Shown here: one piece after another, positions 19,225-28,171 of the stretch
Numbering within the stretch: position 1 is the stretch's first letter
Layout: each line of letters opens with the position of its first letter
Source of the DNA: Leptonemataceae bacterium
GTDB taxonomy: Bacteria > Spirochaetota > Leptospiria > Leptospirales > Leptonemataceae
NCBI GenBank assembly: GCA_965227295.1
Contig: OZ245742.1
Location: forward strand, 4,832,001 to 4,896,000
Direction of reading: 5' to 3'
Length of the DNA stretch: 64,000 nucleotides
Translations under genes and position numbers: made by a program
Notes under the pieces: model-generated
Told to the model about the DNA's origin: nothing
Seen by the model: only the letters and a program-made list of their open reading frames with translations
The model's database searches: none

Positions 19225-19312
19225 AGGAGTTCCTACAAAAGTAACCAGCGCCGGGGCAATCAGCCACTACTGTACGTTCGGGATCATGGTTCTGAGATGG
19301 AGGCGGTTTCTA

Positions 19313-19435
19313 TTTGGGCGTCTCGGAAGGCGCCAGGCCCAGGCGCCTTCCGACCGCGCTCCTCCGGGCTCCGCTATCGCTTCGGTCGCGCCAGGCGCGA
19401 CGGCCTTCGGCCCCCTCCGGATCGCTGACGCGAAG
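19313..19435 (+). repeat. ~125-bp REP-like structured repeat, copy 3, followed by further hairpins to ~19610
   Basis: TTTGGGCGT...CCGCGCTCCTCCGGGCTCCGCTATCGCTTCGGTC...GGCCTTCGGCC...ATCGCTGACGCGAAG. Confidence 0.85.
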
Positions 19436-19711
19436 AGCTGAGACAGGAGACACCGAGGGGGTGGCGGAGAACCGCGAGCACGCCGAAAGGGCTGCCCGGA
19501 GGGTGGCCCGGTCGCGCGCAGCGCGATTCGGCGTGCGTTCGCGTAGCGACGCGGGTCGGAGCCAGGGGGGCCCTGCCCCCCTCCTGAGAGCCTGCTCTCC
19601 TTTCCGGGACTCTCCAGTTTGCCTCTTTCCTCCGTCCCCGCCGCATTTTTTTGCAACAAATCCAGGGCCAGGGCGTTCGTATTACGCAAATCACTGAAAA
19701 GCGGATATTTC

Positions 19712-20692
19712 ATGCAAGTCACTGAAAGCACACAAGCACCGAAAAAACCCTGGTACGTGATCGTTCAAAACGAGCACGGCACCATCAGCCTGAGCGCGCT
19801 GCCGTTCCTGCTTCTGCAGGCGTCCGTGCTGCTCGTCCTCACCACGCACTTCTCGTGGGCCGGCCTCGGCCTCTGCCTCGTGTCGTGGATTGTACGCCAG
19901 TGGGGCATCACCGGCGGCTATCATCGTTATTTCTCCCACAAGACCTACAAAATGGGTCGGGTCATGCAGTTCATTGTCGCGTTCATCGGCGCGGCGTCCG
20001 TCCAGAAGGGACCGCTCTGGTGGGCCGCCCATCACCGGCAACACCACGCTCACAGCGATACCGAAAAGGATCTGCACACGCCGAAGAAGGGCTGGTGGCA
20101 CTCGCACTGGACCTGGTTCCTCTACGATGAAACCAAGGACTGCGACTATCAGAAGATCGTCGACTTCAGCAAGTATCCGGAACTGCGCTTCCTCGATAAC
20201 TGGTGGATCATTCCCGTGGTTTCCTGGGCCGTGGTCTGCTTCGCCTTCGGTTACTTCACCGGCACGGGCGCCTATCACATGCTCGTCTGGGGCTTCTTCG
20301 TTTCGACGTTCATTTTGCAGAACGCCACGTATATGATCAACTCCCTGGCGCACATCTGGGGCAAGCGTCGCTATCACACCGGCGATACGTCACGGAACAA
20401 CTGGGTCCTCGCGTTCTTCCTGCTCGGCGAAGGCTGGCACAATAATCACCACAAGTACCAGCAGGCCGCGCGCAACGGTTTCTACTGGTATGAGTACGAT
20501 TTCACCTTCTACGGCATCAAGCTTCTGAGCTGGCTCGGCCTCGCCTGGGATCTCAAACCGGTTCCGGAAAAGATTCTGGAAGAAGGCCGCCGCAACGATC
20601 GGGCCCGCAAGCTGGCGCGCCGCCGCGGCGAATCCTGGCTGCCGCCGGTGCCGGCGCCGCGGAGTGTAACTCCGGCTATGGCCGGGAAGTAA
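19712..20692 (+). CDS. Membrane fatty acid (acyl-CoA delta-9-type) desaturase
   Basis: His boxes GYHRYFSH, HHRQHH, EGWHNNHH. Confidence 0.92.
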   Translation: MQVTESTQAPKKPWYVIVQNEHGTISLSALPFLLLQASVLLVLTTHFSWAGLGLCLVSWIVRQWGITGGYHRYFSHKTYKMGRVMQFIVAFIGAASVQKGPLWWAAHHRQHHAHSDTEKDLHTPKKGWWHSHWTWFLYDETKDCDYQKIVDFSKYPELRFLDNWWIIPVVSWAVVCFAFGYFTGTGAYHMLVWGFFVSTFILQNATYMINSLAHIWGKRRYHTGDTSRNNWVLAFFLLGEGWHNNHHKYQQAARNGFYWYEYDFTFYGIKLLSWLGLAWDLKPVPEKILEEGRRNDRARKLARRRGESWLPPVPAPRSVTPAMAGK

Positions 20693-20712
20693 CATCCGTT
20701 AAGTTACAGTTA

Positions 20713-20759
20713 ACACAAAAACGCCTCGCTGCGAAGATCGTAGCGGGGCGTTTTTGTGT
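20713..20759. terminator. Probable bidirectional intrinsic terminator
   Basis: ACACAAAAACGCCTCGCTGCGA-AGA-TCGTAGCGGGGCGTTTTTGTGT hairpin between convergent genes. Confidence 0.8.
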
Positions 20760-20786
20760 ACGGAGGATGAAGTGGATGTGAGATTC

Positions 20787-20913
20787 TTTTGGGCGTCTGC
20801 CCGGCCGCGCCGCGGTTGCGGCCGGGCACCGCGCTTTCCGCGACTCCGCTTCGCTCCGGTCCGCGCTCCGCGCAGACTGGCCTGCGGCCATCGCTCCAAT
20901 CGCTGACGCGAAG
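20787..20913 (+). repeat. ~125-bp REP-like structured repeat, copy 4
   Basis: Colinear with 6654-6780. Confidence 0.85.
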
Positions 20914-20941
20914 AATAAACCTCTCGACCTCCCGGCGGGCT

Positions 20942-21913
20942 TCACCCCCGCCCGTGCGGGATGCTGAAGTCAATCTCCGGCCCCACCGGTACGATGCCCG
21001 TGGGATTCACCGACTCGTGGCTTTGGTAGTAGTGATCCTTGATGTGATCCAGGAACACCGTCTCCGCAACACCGGGCGTTTGATAGATGTCCCGCAAGAA
21101 CGGCCACAGGTTTTCGTAATCGACGATGCGACGAATGTTGCACTTGAAGTGCGAATAATAGACCGCGTCGAAACGCACCAGCGTCGTGAACATACAGACG
21201 TCCGCCTCGGTCATGCGGTCGCCGCACAGATAGCGCTGTTTGCCGAGCACGGCGTCCCAGTGGTCCAGGGCGTCGAAGAGTTCGCGCACGGCCTTTTCGT
21301 AGGCCTGCTGCGTGGTGGCGAAGCCGGAACGATACACGCCGTTGTTGATGGGTTCGTAAACGGCGTCCAGCGCCGCCTCGACGTCCGTCTTAAGATCGTC
21401 CGGGCATAAGTTAACGTCCGGATGCGCGGCAACGGCGTCGAACTCGTGATCCAGCATGCGAATGATTTCCCGGGACTCGTTGTTTACAATCGTGGATTGT
21501 TCTTTGTCCCACAGTACCGGGACCGTCACCCGTCCCGTAAACTTCGCATCCGCCGCTTTGTAGACCTCGCGCATGTACTCCGCGCCGTGGATGGGATCTT
21601 GCGTCGCTCCCGGGTATTCGTCGCCGGGGCCCGGGAAGTGCCAGCCCCCTTCTCCCATGTACGGATGCACCACCGACACGCCGATGACATTTTCCAGGCC
21701 TTTGAGTTGGCGCAGAATCAACGTGCGGTGCGCCCAGGGACAGGCGTAGGATACATACAGATGATAACGATCCTTCGCGGCGGGATGATCACCGGAGCCG
21801 TCGGCAGTAACGCTGTTGCGAAACGTGGTGGGCGGTCGAACGAACGCTCCATCGGTATCCTCGTTCTTACGCTTCGTGCGCCATTCTCCGTCGATCATCA
21901 TTCCCAGGGCCAT
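20942..21913 (-). CDS. Glutathionyl-hydroquinone reductase (YqjG/ECM4-like GST)
   Basis: RYHLYVSYACPWAHR, VTVPVLWDK, IVNNES, INNGVY, HIKDHYY. Confidence 0.93.
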   Translation of the reverse strand: MALGMMIDGEWRTKRKNEDTDGAFVRPPTTFRNSVTADGSGDHPAAKDRYHLYVSYACPWAHRTLILRQLKGLENVIGVSVVHPYMGEGGWHFPGPGDEYPGATQDPIHGAEYMREVYKAADAKFTGRVTVPVLWDKEQSTIVNNESREIIRMLDHEFDAVAAHPDVNLCPDDLKTDVEAALDAVYEPINNGVYRSGFATTQQAYEKAVRELFDALDHWDAVLGKQRYLCGDRMTEADVCMFTTLVRFDAVYYSHFKCNIRRIVDYENLWPFLRDIYQTPGVAETVFLDHIKDHYYQSHESVNPTGIVPVGPEIDFSIPHGRG

Positions 21914-22006
21914 AACTCATCTCTCCTTAACATTCTCTGTGTAAAAAATATTGACGACACGGCCCCGCGCCCGTTACAAAAGTCCTTCTCGCCGCGCACC
22001 GCATTC

Positions 22007-22345
22007 ATGGAAATCCTCGAAGAACACAAGCGGGATGCCGTCATCCTGCGACTCGTCGGCGATCTCGACATCTACGAGGCGCCGCTGCTCAAGGCGAAAC
22101 TCATGGTACTGCTCGGCGAAGATCCGGTGCCGGACCGTATCGTCCTCGTACTGAAACAGGTGAAGTACCTCGATAGCTCCGGTCTGGGGACCATCATCGA
22201 CGGACACCGGCGCTTCGCCCGCATTCACTCACGTCTCATTCTTTCCGACGTCCCCGCCAACATTCACGAAGTCTTCCGCTCCTCGCGCTTGCTGAGCTAC
22301 CTGAACATAGCGAAAAGCGAGAACGAGGCCCTCACCGTAAAGTAG
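22007..22345 (+). CDS. STAS-domain anti-sigma-factor antagonist
   Basis: LVGDLDIY, VKYLDSSGLG. Confidence 0.88.
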   Translation: MEILEEHKRDAVILRLVGDLDIYEAPLLKAKLMVLLGEDPVPDRIVLVLKQVKYLDSSGLGTIIDGHRRFARIHSRLILSDVPANIHEVFRSSRLLSYLNIAKSENEALTVK

Positions 22346-22424
22346 CCGGGCTCACCGGCAACACACGACACGCACGCGAAAGAATTGCTGGTCGTGCCGG
22401 CGTGCGGGATGAGCATGGCCTTCC

Positions 22425-23066
22425 ATGCAACGAACTCTAACCAGATTTCTGCCTGGCCTGGCCGTCGCCGGAATGCTCTGCGTACTCGCGTGCGGGCCGG
22501 ACGCGCGGGCGGAAAGCGACGATGTCGGTCAACCATCGTCCGAACCATCTTCAACCACTCAGGAGGACAACATGCAAGAAGTTGCCGTAATGCAGACCCC
22601 GCACGGCGAAATCGTCATCAAATTCTTTCCGGACCTCGCGCCGAAGCATGTCGAGAGTTTTAAGAAACTCGCCAAAGACGGCTTCTACGACGGCACCGCC
22701 TTCCACCGGGTCATCCCCGGATTCATGATCCAGGGCGGGGATCCGAATTCCAAAAACGCCGATGCCCGGCACAGCCACGGTACGGGCGGCCCCGGCTACT
22801 CCATCCCGGCGGAATTTTCCGATCGCAAACACACCCGCGGCACTCTTTCCGCGGCACGCTCCCAGGATCCCAACAGCGCCGGCTCGCAGTTCTTTCTCTG
22901 CGTCGCCGATTCTCCCTGGCTCGACGGCCAGTACTCCATCTTCGGTGAGGTCGTCTCCGGCATGGAGGCGGCGGACAAAATCGTCGCCGAACCGCGCGAT
23001 GCCCGGGACAATCCGAACAATCGCATGGAAATCACGGTGCGCATCGAAGAACGCGAAGTGAACTGA
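22425..23066 (+). CDS. Cyclophilin-type peptidyl-prolyl isomerase, probable lipoprotein
   Basis: FHRVIPGFMIQGGDP, SAGSQFF, LDGQYSIFGEV; VLAC lipobox-like signal; alternative start at 22572. Confidence 0.92.
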   Translation: MQRTLTRFLPGLAVAGMLCVLACGPDARAESDDVGQPSSEPSSTTQEDNMQEVAVMQTPHGEIVIKFFPDLAPKHVESFKKLAKDGFYDGTAFHRVIPGFMIQGGDPNSKNADARHSHGTGGPGYSIPAEFSDRKHTRGTLSAARSQDPNSAGSQFFLCVADSPWLDGQYSIFGEVVSGMEAADKIVAEPRDARDNPNNRMEITVRIEEREVN

Positions 23067-23109
23067 GAAACGAAGCGCCGGGCGGCGGTCTTTCCCGTAT
23101 GTTAACAGC

Positions 23110-24561
23110 GTGAAGACCGTCGCCATCGCCGGCGCGGGCGGTTTCATCGGCCGCACGCTCATCGACAAAGCCCTGCGGGCTAAGTTCCACATCGTCGGGC
23201 TCAGTCGCAGCGCCCCGCCCGGCCACACCGACACCAGCGGCATTGAATGGCGCCGCTGCGACCTCTATTCCCTCCTCGATGCCGAAGCCGCGCTAGAGGG
23301 CGTGGACTACGCCGTGTATCTCGTGCACTCCATGCTGCCGAGCGCGCGGCTCATTCAGGGAAACTTCGCGGATACGGATCTGATCCTCGCCGACAATTTC
23401 GCCCGCGCGGCCCGCAAGAACAAACTGAAACACATCGTATATTTAGGCGGGATCATTCCGAACGAGGGCGAAGCCGAAGATGAAACGAAGTTAAGCGAAC
23501 ACCTGCGCTCGCGACTGGAAGTGGAACGCACGCTGGGCGGCCGCGGGACGCCCCTCACCGCGGTGCGCGCCGGTCTCGTGGTGGGTCCGGGCGGTTCCTC
23601 GTTTTCGATTCTGGAAAAACTGGTGCAACGCCTGCCCATGATGATCTGTCCGGCCTGGACGAACACGCGGTCCCAACCGGTGGCGCTGGAAGATGTGATC
23701 ACCGCCATCGATTACTGCATCGGCCGCAAAGCGAGCTACGGCCGCAGCCTGGATGTCGCCGGCCCGGACGTCCTCACGTACCGCGAAATGATGGAGATTA
23801 CCGCGAAGAGCATGGGACTCCGCCGGTTCTTGTTGACCGTGCCGTTCTTTTCACCGCGTCTTTCAAAACTCTGGGTCTCTTTGTTTTCCGGCGCTTCGAT
23901 GAACCTGGTCTCACCGCTCATCGAAAGCCTGAAGCACGAGATGGTGGCGCGCCCCGATCCTTTAACCGAAAAGATGCCGCTGAAACGAATCGGTTTTCGC
24001 GAGGCCGTGCAGGAATCGGTGCACGCACCGCAAAACAATCCGTCGCCGTTTCGCATCAAACGTCTGCTTCAGAATCGTTATCGCGTTACCAAGTTCGTGC
24101 GTTCTATTCAACGCCTGCCACGTCCGGCCGGTCGCGACGCGCTCTGGATTGCCAGGGAGTACGGACGCTGGCTCCCGCGATTCCTCTGGCCTTTTTTGCG
24201 CGTAACGACGAACGACAACGGGGACTGTGCGTTTTTTATTCGCGGCCTGCCGTTTTCGTTGCTGGAGCTGGAACTCTCGTCGGAACGCAGCAGCCCGGAC
24301 CGTCAGCTCTACTACATTACCGGCGGTATCCTGGCGGAACAAACCCGGCGCGGGCGTCTGGAATTTCGCATTGTGCCCGACGGCGAAAGCGTGCTTGCGG
24401 CCATCCACGACTTCGCTCCGGCTTTGCCGTGGTTCGTGTACAACTACACCCAGGCCCTGGTCCATCTTATGGTCATGCGCCACTTCGGCCGCCACCTGGA
24501 TAAACTGGACCGGCTCGCGGCCGTTACCGTGAAGAAAAGAGAGTATGTCGTGAAACAGTGA
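23110..24561 (+). CDS. NAD(P)-binding atypical SDR / epimerase (YbjT-like)
   Basis: GAGGFIG, AVYLVHSM, IVYLGG, LSEHLRSR, VVGPGGSSF. Confidence 0.85.
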   Translation: MKTVAIAGAGGFIGRTLIDKALRAKFHIVGLSRSAPPGHTDTSGIEWRRCDLYSLLDAEAALEGVDYAVYLVHSMLPSARLIQGNFADTDLILADNFARAARKNKLKHIVYLGGIIPNEGEAEDETKLSEHLRSRLEVERTLGGRGTPLTAVRAGLVVGPGGSSFSILEKLVQRLPMMICPAWTNTRSQPVALEDVITAIDYCIGRKASYGRSLDVAGPDVLTYREMMEITAKSMGLRRFLLTVPFFSPRLSKLWVSLFSGASMNLVSPLIESLKHEMVARPDPLTEKMPLKRIGFREAVQESVHAPQNNPSPFRIKRLLQNRYRVTKFVRSIQRLPRPAGRDALWIAREYGRWLPRFLWPFLRVTTNDNGDCAFFIRGLPFSLLELELSSERSSPDRQLYYITGGILAEQTRRGRLEFRIVPDGESVLAAIHDFAPALPWFVYNYTQALVHLMVMRHFGRHLDKLDRLAAVTVKKREYVVKQ

Positions 24562-25919
24562 AGGGTCTTTTTTGGCTACGGCTCGCGGGAGTTGTGGAGT
24601 TTCGTTTTGTTAAGAACGCTTACTTCGACCCGGACGCTGGTTGTGCGACTCAGCTACGATAGCGATTCTTGCGGCAAAGACGCCGGGGACTTATGCTTTC
24701 CGCTGATGCGGAAAGCCGGCGGTTCAGAACTCTCGCTGAAGCGAGAATTCTGCCGGTGCGCCTTACCACATTCCCCGGCATGACCTCCGTGCGTCAGCTG
24801 GAACCAGTTGTACCCGAAAAGGGCTTAATTTACGTTGGCCGCTACTTACATCACGATTCGGGGCGTGTTCGAACGAATCAAACGTTTCCGGTAGTTCAAG
24901 AGCCGCGGTTCGTTCACGTTGCCGTGAGAAACAGAAGGTATGTTGCACAATGTTGAAGGGGTTGATTTCGCTACGGCTCGCGGGAGTTGTGGAATTTCGT
25001 TTTGTTAAGAACACTGCGTTCGACCCGGACGTCGGTTTGCGAGTCAGCTACCGCAGCGTTTCTTACGGCGAAGACGCCGTTCCGGTGCGCGCCCCACATA
25101 TCCCCGGCACAACCTCCGTGGTCGCCTGGAACCAGTTGTGACCATAAAAGTCTTAATCCAGATTGGCCTTAACTTACACCACGAGTCGGGGCGTGCTCGA
25201 ACAAATAAAAACGTTTCCGGTAGCTCAAGAGCTGTGTCTCGCGACGTTTGCCGTGAGACACACAAGGTAAGTTCCGCAATGGTGAAGGGATTGATTTGGC
25301 TACGGCTCTTCGGAGTTGTGGAGTTTCGTTTTACAAAGAACGTTTGCTTCGACCCGGACGTCGGTTTGCGAGTCAGCTACCGCAGCGTTTCTTACGGCGA
25401 AGACGCCGTTCCGGTGCGCGCCCCACATATCCCCGGCACAACCTCCGTGGTCGCCTGGAACCAGTTGTGACCATAAAAGTCTTAATCCAGATTGGCCTTA
25501 ACTTACACCACGAGTCGGGGCGTGCTCGAACAAATAAAAACGTTTCCGGTAGCTCAAGAGTCGCGGTTCGTAGCGGTTGCCGCGAGAAGCATGAAGTACA
25601 TTGCGCAACCGTGAAAGGCCTTTTTTGGCTACAGCGAAGCGGGAGTTGTGGTATGTCGTTTTGCTAAGAACGCGGCATTCGACCCGGACGCTGGTTTGCG
25701 ACTCAGCTACCGCCGGTGTCTCTTGCGGCGAAGACGCCGGGGACTTATGCTTTCCGCCGATGCGGAAAGCCGGCGGTTCAGAACTCTCGCTGAAGCGAGA
25801 ATTCTGCCGGTCCGCCTTACCACATTCCCCGGCATGACCTCCGCCAGTGGGGAACCAACTGCCGCGGCCCCAACAAGCGGGGCCTTGCCGACACCGGACG
25901 TTGGTTTGCGACTCAGCTT
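24512..25919 (+). repeat. Tandem array 2 of the ~329-bp structured repeat family (about 4 units)
   Basis: Anchor GCTAC(G/A)G at 24575, 24970, 25299, 25628 (spacings 395, 329, 329); 25019-25231 reads identical to 25348-25560. Confidence 0.93.
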
Positions 25920-25932
25920 CCCCCGATGAAAC

Positions 25933-26715
25933 TCAGCGCGCGATCACTTCGCACCAGGCCTGGTGAAAGACGGCATCTTCCTGTCGCGCCCAACGTCGCA
26001 ATGCATCGGCGGAGCGCTTTAAATCATCCGGACTCGCGCCGACCGTTTGGCCGTCCGCCGTTTCGATGCCCCGCGCCAGATAGTCGGCAATGTAGGGCGT
26101 ACGCGCGTACGTTTCGTAACCGGCACCGGGACGAACATAAGCAAAACCCGCACGGCGGACGAGCACGTGCAGCGACTTGCCGCGGGACGTCGCGCCGCCG
26201 TTCGTATCCTGCATGTGCCGGTAGAGAGTGATCGCCCGCGCCGCACCGGCATCGAAGGGCGCCAGTAAAAAACCGTCCCAGTCCGGCAGACGCAAGGCCA
26301 ACACGCCGCCCGGCCGCAGGACACGGCGCAGTTCCCGCAGCGCGGCCTCGGGATCCGCAAGATGTTCGAAGAGCGCGTGGGAAAAGATCGCGTCGAAGGC
26401 GTCGTCCGGAAAAGGCAGGGCATAGACCGATGCGCATTGGGCGACGGCGTTTGCGATACCGCGTGCTTCGAAATACGCCCGGGCCGCGGCGACCTGCGAC
26501 GGTTCGAGGTCCACGGCCGTGAGTCTACCCGGCGCGCACCGCGGCGCAATCCCGGCACTGATCGTTCCCGGCCCGCAACCCGCGTCCAGCACGTCCATAC
26601 CCGGCAGCACGTGCGGTAAAAAAAACGCGGCGCAGGTAAACGCCGTTCGTTCGCCCATGAAGGCCACGGCGTGCTCTCCGTGGCCGGGGGTGTAGTATTC
26701 AGGTACTTGACGCAT
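25933..26715 (-). CDS. Class I SAM-dependent methyltransferase
   Basis: VLDAGCGPG, LPFPDDAFDAI, RVLRPGG. Confidence 0.9.
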   Translation of the reverse strand: MRQVPEYYTPGHGEHAVAFMGERTAFTCAAFFLPHVLPGMDVLDAGCGPGTISAGIAPRCAPGRLTAVDLEPSQVAAARAYFEARGIANAVAQCASVYALPFPDDAFDAIFSHALFEHLADPEAALRELRRVLRPGGVLALRLPDWDGFLLAPFDAGAARAITLYRHMQDTNGGATSRGKSLHVLVRRAGFAYVRPGAGYETYARTPYIADYLARGIETADGQTVGASPDDLKRSADALRRWARQEDAVFHQAWCEVIAR

Positions 26716-26777
26716 AATAGCTTAATGATCATACTGTCTATTATCGCGCAAGCCCGACGCGTCGCACTGAATGCCCT

Positions 26778-27458
26778 ATGAATCCCGTGTCCGATAATAG
26801 ACGGGCGTCTAAAAAGAACGTCGAAGACCGCCGCATCGTACGCACGCGGAACTTGCTGCACGAGGCGTTGATGGATCTCCTCGACGAAACGGACTACGAT
26901 CGCATCTCCGTCCGCGACATCGTGGAGCGCGCGGACGTGGCGCGACCCACGTTCTATCTGCACTTCCGGGACAAACACGAGCTCCTGTGGTCCTGCATGG
27001 AACACGAGTTCGATCGCCTGCGCGAACGCATGGGCCGGCTTTCCGGAGACAGCCTGCTCGTGGACGGTAAGCCCCTCACGTACATCCTCTTCGATCACGT
27101 GCAAAACAACGCGCCGTTCTACCGGACCATGATCAGCGAACGCGGGGCGGCGGAGTTCCTGGTCCGCTTCCTGAAGTACATGGCCCAGGCGTTTCACCAG
27201 AAACACGAGGCCCTGCGCAAACGCGCCACCCGCCGGGATCTGCCCCATGCCATGATGACGCATCATCTCGCCGGTTCGCTATTGGGGTTGATTCTCTGGT
27301 GGCTGGAGAACGATTGCCGGGAGCCCGCGGAAAACATGGCCCACGCCTTCACACGCCTGTGCGCCCCCGGGGTTCTGGGCGCCCTGGGCCTGGAAGATCT
27401 CCTGGGTGACGTGCCGCCCATCGCACAAACTTTTACCGAAGCAGAGTTAAAAGAATGA
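26778..27458 (+). CDS. TetR/AcrR family transcriptional regulator
   Basis: DRRIVRTR...ISVRDIVERADVARPTFYLHFRDKHELL. Confidence 0.92.
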   Translation: MNPVSDNRRASKKNVEDRRIVRTRNLLHEALMDLLDETDYDRISVRDIVERADVARPTFYLHFRDKHELLWSCMEHEFDRLRERMGRLSGDSLLVDGKPLTYILFDHVQNNAPFYRTMISERGAAEFLVRFLKYMAQAFHQKHEALRKRATRRDLPHAMMTHHLAGSLLGLILWWLENDCREPAENMAHAFTRLCAPGVLGALGLEDLLGDVPPIAQTFTEAELKE

Positions 27459-28171
27459 GTCTGATGTTCGAACGCCGGCGCTTCGCCTCGCTGGATTGCA
27501 TCTATCTTCCGGGAGACCCGTCCGCCGAACAGCGGCGACTCATGGTCATGCTCCACGGCTACGGCGCCAACGCCGCCGATCTTGCCGGCCTGGCAAAAGA
27601 ACTTCAGGGGCCGCCGGGTACACACTGGGTTTTTCCCGAAGGCATTTTGTTTCTCGGCGGGACTCGCGACATGCCGGCCCGGGCCTGGTGGCAAATCGAT
27701 CACGAGGCGCTGGAGCGGGCCATGGCCACCGGAGCGTATCGCGAAATGCGTTCGTTCGTGGTACCCGGAGAACCGCGCGAGGCGATCCGCGAACTTCTTG
27801 AGGCCTGTCACGCGGAGTTCGGCGTCGACTTTTCCGAAACCGTACTCGGCGGCTTCAGCCAGGGCGCCATGCTCGCCACGGACGTGAGCCTGCGTTCCGA
27901 AACTTCGCCCCGGGCCCTGCTCGTTCTATCCGGAACGCTGCTCGACGCGGAACACTGGCGGTTGCTGAGTGCGAATCACGCGGGGCTTCGATATTTCATG
28001 AGTCACGGCCGGGCCGATCCGCTGCTCGACTTTCAGCGCGCGCAGGATCTTAAACACATTTTCGATGCGGCCGGCCTGAACGGAGAGTGGCATGCCTTCG
28101 AAGGTGAACACGAAATTCCGGCATCGCTGCTCGGCCCCCTGCAGGAATTCTTAAACGAGCGGCTGGCATGA
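27455..28171 (+). CDS. Phospholipase/carboxylesterase (alpha/beta hydrolase)
   Basis: LHGYGA, GGFSQGAM, HGRADP, GEHEI. Confidence 0.9.
   Translation: MSLMFERRRFASLDCIYLPGDPSAEQRRLMVMLHGYGANAADLAGLAKELQGPPGTHWVFPEGILFLGGTRDMPARAWWQIDHEALERAMATGAYREMRSFVVPGEPREAIRELLEACHAEFGVDFSETVLGGFSQGAMLATDVSLRSETSPRALLVLSGTLLDAEHWRLLSANHAGLRYFMSHGRADPLLDFQRAQDLKHIFDAAGLNGEWHAFEGEHEIPASLLGPLQEFLNERLA

Noticed and set aside
25138..25470. 110-aa ORF whose GTGA start/stop overlap would explain the 329-bp period
   Set aside because: The frame is broken by indels in the other units and in array 1, and the translation resembles no protein I recognise.
24512..25919. CRISPR array or integron cassette array
   Set aside because: Units are ~329 bp and homologous along their whole length, with no unique spacers, no cassette ORFs, no clear attC core sites and no cas or intI gene in the window.
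26019..27266. 415-aa minus-strand ORF
   Set aside because: Antisense to tetR and out of frame with the methyltransferase; no motifs.
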